Notes: a model not told the origin generated them from the letters alone. A stretch of 61,465 bases of DNA, filler included, from Choristocarpus tenellus KU-1152 (GCA_964200185.2; 8 parts of 8 records of this genome joined end to end with filler, not necessarily neighbours in it), one strand, 5' to 3'; positions 38,702 to 52,220 are shown, numbered from the whole stretch's first letter. Translations and numbers: made by a program.

Positions 38702-39898
38702 TTCATGCCCCCATTGGAGTGTACCCACATTGAACTGTGCACCTCTTTTTTATCACAGAGTCGCCCATAATACTGATACCAATGCCAATTTGTGGAGCAA
38801 TTCGACTGCCTCCCATTTCGACATTCTAATTCCCACTACAACATCCAACTCCACAAACCAAGACACCTCAAGGAAGAGAAGAGATAGTAATGGATACTTT
38901 ACTCGTGGCAGTAAGGAGACTAAACGATGGAAGCCCCTTCCACAGGTCTATGTGCTCATCTAATAACCCTTTCCTCATCCATTACCTCAAACCTGTAGAT
39001 TACCATATATTTTGAATGACTTCGCGATTACATTGCACTCAATACACCATAGCATGTTGCTAGCATGCCCAGGAGCACCAAAAAGGGGGGCAAAGATAAA
39101 TAAGCCTGTGCTCGCCGGGTGCTGTTCCTGCTTTCATTCGATGAGATGGTCATTCGATGAGATGATCTATACCTAAACACACACATGTGGAGCTACATCG
39201 TTCAAAAAATGAAAGTTAAAATCACATTATGGAGGCCAACTATTCCTCAAGAAGGTTTGGTAAATTGCTTCGGAATATAGGCACGAGGGAAGGGTGAGGT
39301 GCCTCAAGATAGTTACAAATACCCGTCCACGATTTAAGTCTAGCAACATAGACACTACCATATTGGTAAGAGTCAAGAAGTTCCTAGCACTGTTGGCGCT
39401 GTACCACATATTCATGTAGCCCTTCCACCTGCAGTTAAAACATACGGACAAAAGCATCGAGTGGGATGGTTCGGTGCAGAGCTCACATAGTTGATGTTGA
39501 TAATATTGACTCCAAGAGCCTTGGATTGTGATACCTTTATTATCCTACGCAAATGGGGCACTGAGTACGTCTGGAGCTGTTGTAAGGCACAGACATGCTC
39601 TCCTGTTACCCAACCACAAAAAACCTCCCTTTGCACATCTTCCCTTGTTCATAGTCCTGCTCACCTATTGCCCAGGCAAACACTCACACATACTCCTCAT
39701 CCCTGGAGGCTTATTAATACAAAACTACACCTCTCAATAACTTCAAAAATCGCATTTGCATCCTGACCATAAGAAGGGCAGGGTAAAGTGTAAAACATAC
39801 TTGGGAATTTCCTGGTTGTCGCTAACTTCGAAACAGGCGTCTAGTGAAGAGGCAACACGTCATATACTTACGAAAGTTACAGTAGTAAATGTATTTTT

Positions 39899-40112
39899 TT
39901 ATTATGACCTCTGACATTTTGCAGATGATGGTCAGGGGGAAACCAGTAAAACTATTTACATGTTAGAAAAAACACAAAAGAAGTACAGCTGTTGTAAATG
40001 TGAAAGACTACCAACTATGCTGCACTAATGCCTTGCTGTACCTCCAACCTACCTTAGTGCTCTACCTCACAGTGAGGAGGTAGGGAAGTATCCCAAGAAT
40101 CTAACAAGCCCC
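39899..40112 (-). repeat. Repeat family A + hairpin/(TAA)n end, diverged copy
   Basis: Hairpin at 39899-39951, then reverse family A sequence ending ...AGGGAAGTATCCCAAGAATCTAACAAGCCCC. Confidence 0.7.
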
Positions 40113-40737
40113 TTCTTTAAGGTTAGTAAGTGTATGTGTATGTGCATGTGTTACAACTACATCAGTTTTCCTTCTGAGTCATATTCTACTATGACTTCAA
40201 CGATGGGAAAAAAAGAAGTTCCAGACTAAAGGTGACAAAAAAAATTATATACTAATATTAATTATATTGTCATTTTTTCGTATTACGGATGATGTGTCAG
40301 AGAAAAACAAAGACCAACACATTATAGAATGGTCCCAAATTTACAAATATGTCATCAAGACACAAATTAATTCTTTATCGTAACTTCAAGAACTATAGTG
40401 TTCCAAGATACTTCTCAATATTGGAATTCAATATGCAACATACAACAATACTAGACACTTGTGCAACAACTCAGAGTGCATAACAATAAAATAATATGCA
40501 CTATAATTTCCTCCCAAAATATCGAGTTAGACCGAAATCCAATCGAAAGAAAAAAAATCGCCTACATTACCTAGACATACGTCATCTATTGTCATTAAAT
40601 TTCCGTTATACGTCATTTATTTGAACAATATATCTGTCTGTTCAAATATTTTTTCGTGGAAGTCATGTTCGAAATCAAACGATTACGTACAAACTGCTAC
40701 TACAACTCTATTGTTTCAACAATCCTATTATATATAT

Positions 40738-40793
40738 ATATTATTATGCCCTCTGACATTTTGCAGATGTGTCAGGGGGGAAACCAATGAAAA
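40738..40793. repeat. Near-consensus copy of the hairpin/(TAA)n element ~460 bp upstream of the NR start
   Basis: ATATTATTATGCCCTCTGACATTTTGCAGATGTGTCAGGGGGGAAACCAATGAAAA, within TA-rich DNA. Confidence 0.9.
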
Positions 40794-41256
40794 TTATATA
40801 TATTCTATTATATATCATGAGAATTTTGAATTCTGCAAATAATGAGTAAGTGGAAGTATTATAACATATTATTTTATATTCTAATAATATATTGGAATAC
40901 TATCTCATATACTATTGGATGGAACTCCGTTTTTCCACGAATACTTAGCATTGTCTTGAATACTTTGATCTCATGTTCCTGGACATACGGTTGCTGGTCG
41001 GAGGTGAAGAAGTTACGTCAACTACAGGAAGGTCAACATCTTTTTTGTCGAAGAAACACTTACTATATCAAAATTCCTACTGTCATTTTACTCAAGTTCA
41101 CACAAGCACCACCCACACCTAAAAAAAGGTCGCTCTGTCAGTCGACCCAACCAGACCAAACTCTACCATCTCTTCGCAAACACGGGTTGCTCACAGTCAA
41201 AAGAGGTCTCCAGCATCCCCAACCCAGGAGGTGTTCAGGAGGCCCCGAAAGTGAAG

Positions 41257-44200
41257 ATGCCACCAGCCATGCAGTCCTCCATGCCAGAGAAGGTAGAAGC
41301 TCAATTGGCGAAGGTCAAGGGCCATGATTACTTCAAGTCCGACTACATACCTCCAACCGAGAAGACTACGGCAATCGATGCTCGGGATAAGGTAGGAGCA
41401 TGTGATCGAGGGACTGGTGACTTGATTTGTTCGAGTTGAAGTACTCCCGGAATTGATATTCGGTCTCAATTTCCATGCATGTTGAGTAGATTATATGTGC
41501 TGACGAGGGTCGACGCCATCACTTACTCATTGTGCTTCCCATTTTCTGCAGGGTACACCAGATGATTGGATCCCTCGCCACCCAGAGTTGGTACGCCTCA
41601 CCGGACGCCACCCTTTCAATGTCGAACCTCCCATTTATCGACTTACTGACCATGGATTCATCTCACCCAACGAGCTCCACTACGTCCGTAACCATGGCGC
41701 AGTGCCCCACATGGACTGGGACTCGCATTCGGTAAGCGGATACTGACTGAATGTACTGTGCGTGCTGTGGACATCTGGTGTAACACGGTTCGTGAAGTTG
41801 GTGACGGAGATGAGGAGCTTCAGTGAATCTTCGTACTGCATGTACTCTCCAAACAAATATCAGTGCTTCCAGCATACCTTGTTTTTTATTGTGCAGTAGG
41901 GTGGCGTACCCTTGTCGGTAGTCGTCTACTCCCAACGCCTTGGTAACCCTTTCTGTCTGCCATTCTTCAGATCAAATTCTCCGGCAACATCGACAAACCC
42001 ATGGAGATGAGCATGGCGTACATCATGGAGAATTTTGAGGAGGTGACAATTCCAGTTACCCTTGTTTGTGCTGGTAACCGTCGCAAGGAGGAGAACATGA
42101 TCAAGCAGGGGCTTGGGTGAGATAAAGGGCCCTGTCAAAATGACTTCGCCTATACCCAATTGTAGTTGATATATAGAAGAACAGAAACAGAGAAAGAAAC
42201 CTACGGTTTTTCCCGTTCGACATGGCGTTGGAACATCTTGGGCGTATTGAAGTATCTACCTCACGATTGTCTACAAGTTTTCTTGATCACATCTATTGTG
42301 CCCTTGTCGGCGTGCGAAAAGTCGGAAACATGACCACTTTTTGTAACGTCTCGTCCACACAAGGTTCTCGTGGGGACCTGCAGCCGTGTCCAATGCCTTA
42401 TGGACAGGTGTTTGGGTGAAGGATATCCTTGCTCACGTGGGAATCAAGTCCTTCGAGGAAGGCGGAAAACATGTGTGCTTTGTGGGGTCGGACCCTCTCC
42501 CCAACGGATTCTACGGAACTTCCATCCGTCGCGAGGTTAGTGCACCGTTGTTGACTCTTCAGACGGTCCAGAAGCGTGTATTGTGTGATACATTCATCTG
42601 TCGGGATTCCTACTTAACTAGAAGCGCAAGGGAACACATCTTAAAGCAGTCTCTTGTGATGCAGCAAAACAGATTTCAATCGTCTTGTATCCCATACGCC
42701 AAGTTTCGAGTTAGGGTTACGGTTCCAGCATAGGATATCGAACCAAAAGGAGTGCTTCCGCTATAAGCTAAGGGAGAAATATGAGCTTGCTCTGCTTCTG
42801 GAGAGTAGAAATGAGAAGATGGGTGACTCTTATGTTTTTGTTGACAGGAACGAACTGGATATAACTCCACTTCTCCCATGTGTATGTGTGTATGTGTGTA
42901 CGTGTGTACGTGTGTACGTGTGTACGTGTGTACTTGCGTGTCGGTGTGTGCCTGTGTGCATTTGGTTACACCATCAGGTGTGTGAGGACCCTACTTGTGA
43001 TGTGCTTCTTGCCTACAAGATGAATGGTGAGATCCTTTCACCTGATCATGGATACCCCATCCGACTCATTGTACCGGGCTACATTGGCGGCCGCATGGTG
43101 AGGACTACGACTAAGACTAACACTAACACTAACCTTTCATGCTTGACTTACCTAATGGCTGCTATCATTTGTGTAGCTACTTCTCACAGGCAGTATACAT
43201 TTCCCAACCGTGCCACACAACTGTTTTTTTCCTTGTTTTCAGTTGAAATTTTGTTTGTATTCTTACTGTGGTGTAAGAGTAGGAACAATTTCCTGTCTGC
43301 AACTGTACGTGTGACATGTATTCAACATGCTTCAGAATATTTTTCGAGACGCTTCAGAATATTTATCTTAGTCAATGAACTGCAAGATATTGTGATACGC
43401 TTCTGTTCTCGCTCAGTTCATGCACTCTTCTAGTCCAGTATTTGTTGCCTACAAAAAGCATGCATGTCTTGTTTTTTTCTTTAGACGGTGAGAGTATTGA
43501 TGTGATGTTGGGTTGGAGGTTACATTACTTGTCTCCACACTCTCAGATTAAGTGGATCACTGACATCGAGGTTACAGACTTGGAGAGCGACAATCACTAC
43601 CACTACTTCGACAATAGGGTACTCCCTCCTCAGGTGATCAAAGCAGGTAGCTCCCTCTATATAATCTAGGCATGACAGGGTTAGGGTTAGGGTTCTCCCA
43701 CTTTTCAGATTTGAGACAAATATATTCTTGAGTGAAGCAGCGATTCTTACTATAATTTCTGGTGGCTATCACTGAGATATTATTCGTTGATTTTTTTTTC
43801 TGTGTAGAGTTGTTAAATCTATCGGTAGTGTTCACTCGAAGGAGACGATCGGGTCAAGGCCAAAACCCCAACACTAACCATAGCTCACATCTTTAAGAGA
43901 TGATTCCTTAGAAAATGCTTCATTTGTTCCGGAGTCCCATGTTTTTTGTTTATTTCTTATCCCACCACGATGACCTAACTTCAGGTGGATGCTGAAAAGG
44001 CACTTGCTGAGGGCTGGTGGTACAAGCCCCCCTACATCATCAATGAGCTGAACATCAACAGTGCCATTGTCTATCCTCGACATGGGGAAGTGGTAAGTAT
44101 TGCGACCATTATCCCTTAGATGTTTGGGTGATGACTTTTCAATCCTCCAATGTCTTTAATTCCGACATGTAGCACTTGTACCTTTGCATGCCAAACAATC

Positions 44201-47200
44201 CCCTTACTATACCTGTACCCCTGCCTGACATACCTCAACTTCTTACACAGGAAGACCTTAAAATCTCTTGAATGCAGATGCATGTTACCCACATTCTATT
44301 CCTGTCACTAAATACCCTTGCATTTCATTTTGTTCTTTTTGTCTTCTAGCTGTTAGTCTTGTGCCCTCTCCCACTTCGTGCTTTTGCAGTTACAGTATAC
44401 CTGATTTTGGTGTTTTCCTGCCTCGAGTCTGACTCGCTTTGACACATGATGATTACAACTGTAACCCTAACCCTAACCCTAGCCCAAGATTTTTAGTGTT
44501 TATTATCCCGGCTGTCTTCCACCTTACATCGACCATCTTTCATCTCAAGCAGTATCTTCAACTTTCCTTTGAAAACCCCACAGCTTTCTCTCGCCAAGGC
44601 TGGTTCTACCTACACAGTGTCTGGCTATGCCTATGGTGGAGGGGGTATTGGTCTCACCCGTGCTGAAGTGTCCTTTGATGGAGGAAAGGTAATTAATTGA
44701 TGTAGACAAACATCACTGTTATTTGATATATATAGCTCTGATGGTCTTTTTGAGAGTCTTCAAGTTTGGGTTTTGGTAAGAACTGCCGTGAAATATTTTG
44801 ATGTTATTGATGTAAAATTCTGTTTGGAAATGATGACTCTAGTAAATAAAAACGAGTTTTTTTTTTTCCAATATTTCAAAATGCTCCTTTTGTTTTAAAC
44901 TTAACTCTAACCCTATGTTTACAAAATATACAACGTGAAAAAAGGTAACCCTGACCCTAACCACAACACACTGTAGGGTCTACGCTTATTTCCTTAGGTA
45001 TAGTGTACCAAAAAAATTGCTGTAGTTTATGTCTTAGGAGTGTTAACATGAGGATTATACAAATATATATTGGATGATGAAGTTACGTTAAAAAATAGTC
45101 AAATTTGAGTATATAACTCTCCTGACTGTAGGATTTCAAATGTCATCCCTAACCGACTTTATAGGTATGGGAGCTTGCTGAACTTACCATCCCCGAGAAG
45201 CCTCGTCACATGGGGAAGTACTGGTGCTGGGTGTTCTTTGAGTTCAAGGTGGATGTAATGAGGTAAATGAATTGATGGTCCGGGTTGGATTATTTGAGTT
45301 CAAGGTGTATGTACTGAGGTAAATGAAGTTTTTTAAGCGTTCGATTTCAATATATAGTTGCTAAAATTTCATCTCAGTTCACTTTAAACTACAGATCACA
45401 CCAATTTAGAACTTTTGAGGCATTATTATTCTTTTGTGCAAGAAACCTTTTTTTTCACGGTTAGAGCAACACCTAACTCTATCCCTGACCCTCATGTTTA
45501 GGTTAATACAGTTGTCAGTTCGATCATGGTGCACCGAAATGGGTTCTTGCCATCCTATTCTTACAGCACTGGGTGTGAGTTTAACTGAACTTCACTTCGT
45601 AATCAGTCCCTCACCGGATTGTGTGACTTGCTTCAAACTCAAAACCATAACCCCAAACCCAACTTGTTATCAGGATGATGAAGTGTGAGGAGATTGTTTG
45701 CCGCGCTTGGCAAGGTCAAAATACACAGCCTGACAACATCACCTGGAACCTTCTGGGAATGATGAACAACTGCTGGTTCCGTTGCAAGGTAAAACTAAAT
45801 AAGAATGTGCTAACTGAGCACTTTCCATGAAACCAATTTTTTATGGTTACACCTGGATGTTATGTGGAATGGGCTCAGGGTTCAGGTTTGTTATGGGAAG
45901 GTAAAAGAAAGTATGAAAGACTGTGTGTTTGTTGCTCTTTTTCTTTTTTTTAATGGCACATTTTTTTCAGCAAATGCACTAGAGATAAGTAACCTTTTGG
46001 GGGTAAGCATACCCTCACCTACATGTTCATTTGACTGGACAAAGCAATTAATTTTGTAAGTACTGCAGGAGAGATACCCCCTCTGCTTTTGTACTTTATA
46101 TAATTGAATCACCTGTGTTTGTGTATGTAAGGGTTGGAATCACTTTCCTTTATTTGATGATGACATTTGATTTTATACTCGGAGAGGATCTTTTGACAAT
46201 TTAAACCATATTTTCTAGAAATTCTATCTTCTCTTGACAATTTTAACGGTACCTTTTAATAGGTGCATCCTACCCGTGATGAGGATGGGGGCCTAGCGCT
46301 TACATTTGAACATCCCACTCAGCCAGGACCTCAGCCAGGAGGATGGATGGTAAAAGACCAAGGACCGGTCCTTCCATCTGCTAAAACCAAGGTACTGACT
46401 GACAGGGTGTGTTTTGTGTCATTAGAGCTAGAGTATCTTGCCGTGCGCGAGGTAGGTCCTCTTACTTCGATCTTTGGATTCTGTGATTCTGTTGCTTTGG
46501 TTTGTCGGCTGCCATGAAGAACAGATTTCCATGTGTGTGTGGAGTCTGTAGTGCTCGTGAAGTCAACTGGTACAAATATTTCCTTGTCTCATTTTCTTTC
46601 TGACATTTCTGTGATCCTTCAAACGGTTAGGCCCCATCTGGAGGGAAGTCTATTACAACAAAGGAGATGAACAAGCACAACACTGATGAGGACTGCTGGA
46701 TTGCTGTGGAGGGCAAGGTGACATAGTGTAGACAATTCTCCCCATGTGAACAGAAATTTACCCTATGTATGCAGCCTATGAATGCAAGTACCCAAGGCTT
46801 CAAAAACACCATCAAGCTGGAACTTTTTTCTGATGCTCTGTATGCATTCGAGGAAACGGATGTTGATGAACGCAATAGTTACACCAAAACTCCTCACGCT
46901 GTGAAATAAAAAGAACAGTTTCAAATTTGATGTGCAGGACTTGTCTCGCGGCCTATCCTTCCTTCCTCCCAACCTGTGTGGATGTGTGTGTTGTCCAGGT
47001 GTATGATGTGACGGACTTCCTGGACGATCACCCTGGTGGATCTGAGAGCATCACCATCACTGCAGGGCAGGATAGCACAGAAGAGTTCAATGCGCTGCAT
47101 TCTCAGAAAGCTCGTGACATGCTCAGAGATTACTACATTGGTGAACTTGACGCATCAGAGGGGCCTGCTCCCGTAAGTGCTCATCCCAGTATTTTCAAAA

Positions 47201-49997
47201 CCCAATGTTTTTCTAGCATACAGGTGTTATATGTGCATGTATTACACGTTCTATTCGTACTTTCCATATCAATTCCGGTAGGGTGACTACTTCAGTCTTG
47301 CCTGTTGAGTAGACATGTTCTGAACACATGTTTCTGCATACTTGAAGTGTGTTGTTGACCATAAGACAACTTGAATACAAGTACCAACTGGTACAACTCA
47401 ATATTTTTCCTTGAACGTTGCGATGTACATCCTTGAATTACATGTTCTTTCAAATGGTACTCCGTAGGTGGAGTTATTTTACTGGATGTATGACACAATG
47501 TTGAAGTTTCTCGCTGGGGGAATGTATGGCACAACACAAAAAATATAAACGAAAATTGAACTGCTTTTGTCGCTTGATCTTAAAAACGTGTCTTTTGCAG
47601 GGTTTATGTTTGGGTTACAGGTTTGGTATGAACTGCAACGATGTGTCCTGCTACTCGACAATGTTTTCCGTAACACTAACGTGTCCTATCTCCCTGCTGT
47701 CCTTGTCGGCCTGTATGACCCTTTTTCATGTTTGCCTCTGTTCTCATGGTTATGATTGTGATGATGGTGATTCATGGATGTTTGAATGGTCTGATGTGGG
47801 TAGAAAGTCATCGATGAGGAGGTGCTGGTTGCATTGAATGCCCGCAAGAAGGTGGCAATGCCTCTGCTCGAAAAGGAGATACTGTCACACAATTCAAGGA
47901 GGTTCCGCTTTGGTCTCCCTTCCAAGGACCACAAGCTTGGACTCCCTGTAGGAAAGGTGTGATGTTGTAAAGTGTCTTCTCATTGGTTCAGTGGTAAACT
48001 TGAGAAGGATGGTTGGGGTCCGTCAATGCTATAGACAGACCAATTATGTGATGCACACCTTCTGAAATTTATTCTTTCCGATAGTAGGCCGTGAACTGTG
48101 ATGAACAATTTGTATCGAAATCATTGTGTAGCACATGTAGAAAGGAAACTTTTTGAAATAATCAGGATCGGATAGAACACTGGCATCGTCATACTAAGGT
48201 AGTGGAAAAGTCTAGTCCAGAATTTGCATTTTTTAAAGCAGATACCTTTTGTGATGAAGAGGAACCGACTTGTTTCGTTTGTCCTCCTCTTACTGGCTAC
48301 AGCACTTCTTCATGTCCGGAAAGTGGAAGGGAGAGTTTGCAATGAGACCTTACACTCCCATCACGGGGGATGAGGTGTCTGGATATGTCGACATGGTGAT
48401 CAAGGTGTACAAGCCCTGTGAGAAGTACCCTCAGGGTGGAAAGGTCTCTCAGATGCTGGACGCGCTGGAGATTGGAGACACCATTGACGTCAAGGGACCC
48501 CTTGGAGAGATTGTATACTTGGATCCTGGGCAACTCATGATCAAGAACAAGCCACGTCTTGCCACCAAGTTGGTCATGCTGGCGGGGGGGACAGGGATCA
48601 CTCCAATGTACCAGGTGGGGAAGCCGTCTGTGTTGATGTTTGTTTGATACAGTTGTTGAAGCCAAGTACAAAACATAGTCTAGGAGACAGTAAATTCCAT
48701 GTTAGGGCGATACCTCAGGTGTTTTTGTTGCAATCTAGCATACCTTACGATAACCCTAGAACGTTAATGCACTTCATAAAATAACTCTCTACCCTATTTC
48801 CAAATGTTCATCTTTGGTCAGGTTCTAAGGGCAATCTTGGACAACCCGGATGATGACACACACTGCTCATTGCTCTACGCCAACCAGAATGAGGAAGAGA
48901 TTTTGTTGAGGAAGGAGGTGCGTAAGAGTAGAGAAGGCAAAGACAATTGCATACTCTGTGATCAGAAACATCGATGATCAGTAGAGAAGAGTAATGTACA
49001 GTTGTTCTGATTAGACTCGCTGTGCCTCCTTAAGCCCAACCTCAAACTGAGGGAGTTTTTATGTATACTATCGTGTAAAGAGTGTGTTGACTAAGTGGAA
49101 AATAATCGCAATTGCTAGTTTGTAGAATCCCCTGGAGTGCAAAGGTTATTTTCAAGTAGAATGATTTGTAGAAATCAGTATAGCATTCTTGTGTACTAGG
49201 ATTCTGTCAAGGTAGGTCTCCCAAGGCAGAAGTTCTGCCTTGCTATGAAAGAAACAATTAAAAAAGTTGTCAAGATGACTCTTTTTTCCACGTGGTGAGT
49301 TTTTTCCAATCTAAAGTTGTACCTTGTTGTATCGAACTTGCAGCTCAACGACATGGCCGCTAAGTACCCGACTCAGTTCTCCTTGTGGTACACAATAGAC
49401 AAGTCGCTGGATGCTGTTTCGTGGAAGTTTGACACGGTGAGTGGATATTGTTCTCATGTTTTGTTGCAATACTTACCATGTCTGTTTGAGGCTACAGACT
49501 GATGCCTTCAACTTTGGTTTTGTTTTATTGTTGCAATACTTACCATGTCTGTTTGAGGCTACAGATTGATGCCTTCAACTTTGGTTTTGTTTTATTGTTG
49601 CAATATTTACCATAGCTGTCCGTTCCTGTCTTGTTCAGGGTGCTGTACTCGCTCATTGTCAGATAGTTAAATAGAAGACTTAAGTAGGGTTAGGGTTAGG
49701 GTTTGGTAATGGTTTGTCCTCAGTAGACTGAAAATAGGTTACATCCTTCAATTGGGGAGTGAATAATTGCACTTTTATACCCATACGTTCTCTGTGGTCT
49801 GTCCTCACTCTCCCACCCGCTCCTTTCCCGCTCTTCTTCAGGGTTACATCACGGAAGAGATGTGCAAGGCCCACTTGCCTGAGCCAAGTGATGAGACCAT
49901 TGCATTCATGTGTGGTCCTCCGGCAATGATCAACATGTGTTGCATCCCCCACCTGAAGAACATGGGCTACAGTGATTCCCACTACTTCTCTTTCTAA
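41257..49997 (+). CDS. NIA: Assimilatory nitrate reductase (Moco + dimer + cytochrome b5 + FAD/NADH domains), 18 exons, 821 aa
   Basis: Exons 41257-41391, 41552-41731, 41971-42116, 42364-42535, 42978-43097, 43547-43633, 43985-44092, 44584-44688, 45165-45262, 45674-45788, 46263-46391, 46631-46717, 46999-47172, 47804-47956, 48303-48614, 48822-48917, 49344-49436, 49842-49997 give 2466 nt in frame. Motifs: [33 protein letters not shown] (Moco Cys), [34 protein letters not shown] (heme), [21 protein letters not shown]. Confidence 0.98.
49461..49613. repeat. 67-bp tandem duplication (about 2.3 units) in NR intron 17
   Basis: Unit TTGTTGCAATACTTACCATGTCTGTTTGAGGCTACAGA.TGATGCCTTCAACTTTGGTTTTGTTTTA starts at 49461, 49528 and (partial) 49595. 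Confidence 0.95.
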
Positions 49998-52220
49998 ACA
50001 TAATTTCAGTGGTTTCTTGAGGACCTTCCTGCTGCTGACTCACCTTCTGTTTTTGTTCCATCATACATTTGCCACAGTTAGCAGTACCGCGTGTACCTAG
50101 ATGCACTGCCTGACTGGAATGGCCAATGGTTGCCCATGCAGTGATGGTTTTGGTTACAGGATTAGTGAGCAGTACCCATGTGCCTATTTTGAAGCACAGT
50201 GCAGTATGTACTTGGTGTAACCCCTTTCTATTATTTACCAAAGTTCGTTTTGTATGTAATAGCTATCAGAGACTGTAGTAGTTAGGTGGACTTGTGTGTG
50301 TGGCGTTTTTGTCTATCTTCGGGGATGGCATATCGGGAGTTGCAAGAATGAAAAAGGTGTGCTTGGTTTGTTGTGGTGAAGGGCTTGAATTGAAATGTGG
50401 TGTAGATGAGATATTTTTTGTACAAATGAAAACTGTGCATCTGAACCTTCGCGGGGTTTTGAGCATAGAGTTTCTAGTCCGTTTATCTTCACTCTCCAGT
50501 GTCCAGTGGATTGGCCAGACTGTGGCCACTAATGGGGATTGAAGGGATGCACAGACACTGTTTGATGTCCATGGTTTAGGATTTACGATCAATAAACCTC
50601 TACATGTGCATTGGGTACATAGACTTTTTTTTTCTCAATGGGCTGGTGACCTCTCGATGATAGGTTCCGACCGTTTCTTGTGTTTGAGGTACATTGTCGA
50701 GCAAAGGTGCCTTAAAGCTGTTTACTCATTTTTCATCTGTGGTCAATGGTGTGCTTGACTTGATTTCGGGGTGCGCTTTATTGCCTCTCTTTTTGATGTT
50801 TTACTTCACCCCACCAAGCTATATCGACCTGTGTTTCTAACGAAATAACTCAGATAGATACAGTACAGTTGGGTTGGCGATTACCGTATTGTCGTATTAC
50901 TGTATCTTGGGGTTAGAAGATTTTTTTGGACTTAATCGAATACTCTTGGCCACAAAAAGAAGCAACTGGTTGTGCTGTGCCTCCTTGCCTCCTTAACAAT
51001 AAAGATAATCGTCAACTCTTTTTTGTACTGGAGTATCTTTCTATTAGTCATCACTGTGTTCTTGACACGATGGTATTCTGAGGCATCTTCTGATTGGCTC
51101 TTGAACATTGGTGGCTTCAGTGATAAAATCGGTTGTCACCTACGCACGTGTTCCTCTTGCTTGTGGAAGTCTGAGTTGAACACATGCGTTGTTGTGGTAC
51201 GGATAGCACTGCAATTTTTGCTGTAGTATACATACTAGTACTGAGATTTTTCATGTTATATTTTAATTTTTTTATCATGTTGGTTTTGGGGCATACCGAC
51301 AAATACCAATGAAGAGGTAGTCCAAAGTTAAAAACGTCTAACGAATAATAACTATAGAAGGAAGGTGTCAATAAAGGACAACACTAAACAATTCTGAGAA
51401 GGATAACGAGGTGGGAAGAGATTCTCTCTGCATGCCACAGGATTGATAATCAGTGAAAAAGGAGAGGACTACCTTTACCTTAGAAGTCCGCTCTCTTATA
51501 TCAGCTATCACACTCCCCTCCATGGAATGCCATGCTTCCAGGTAATGTATGACTGATGTCTCAAATCCCACAACTTTGTTGGTCGGTTAGCGACCCTGGT
51601 GCGCAACCGTGGACTACAATCCCGATTTGTAAGGATCGTCTTGTTTCCGATTTGCAGTCACCATGTTCTCCAAACATCAATAATATTCTACCAAGTCACT
51701 TGATGCGTGCAATCGATCCAACAAATGTGGATTTCTCCGCTTCCTGCATACTGCGGCTTCTATGCTCTCACACACCTAGTCTCCACAAGACTATCTTCTT
51801 GGTAAGACATGGAATAATGATTGGTGCGTTGCACTTGATGAGTATGTTCCACTTTTTGAAGAAACCTAGCGGTGGAGGACAATGTCTCTGTCTGTGGTGA
51901 TGATCAGGAGAGAGTTTCAGATCAAGAACATATTGGAGGGTATAGGCCATACAACCATGTGACAGAACTTGAAGCATAATTCTGTCTTGAACGTTCGAAT
52001 CTTGAGCCCCTTCCAGCTTCGACACTCGAGGTGCTGTCATAGAGGTGTCTTGGTGTTACTTGCGTAAACAAGCTTTCTAGCTCGTTCAACTATTTCATTC
52101 CAAAACAGAGGGTTCTTAAAACCTAGATTCTTTTTTAGTAGTAGTAGACGTGGAAAGCATGTTTATCTGTTGTTGTACCGTTATTGCCGTATGCCATATA
52201 CCGTTATACCGTGGTACCGA

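Noticed and set aside
40842-41327. 161-aa ORF overlapping the NR start as an upstream gene
   Set aside because: AT-rich, no recognisable motifs, and it overlaps the NR promoter and exon 1 in another frame. Most likely a chance ORF.
42819-43433. 204-aa ORF as an independent protein
   Set aside because: It is NR exon 5 plus intronic read-through, including a (GTGTAC)n microsatellite.
50900-52100. Gene or transposase downstream of NR
   Set aside because: Coding-like composition but interrupted frames and no identifiable family motif.
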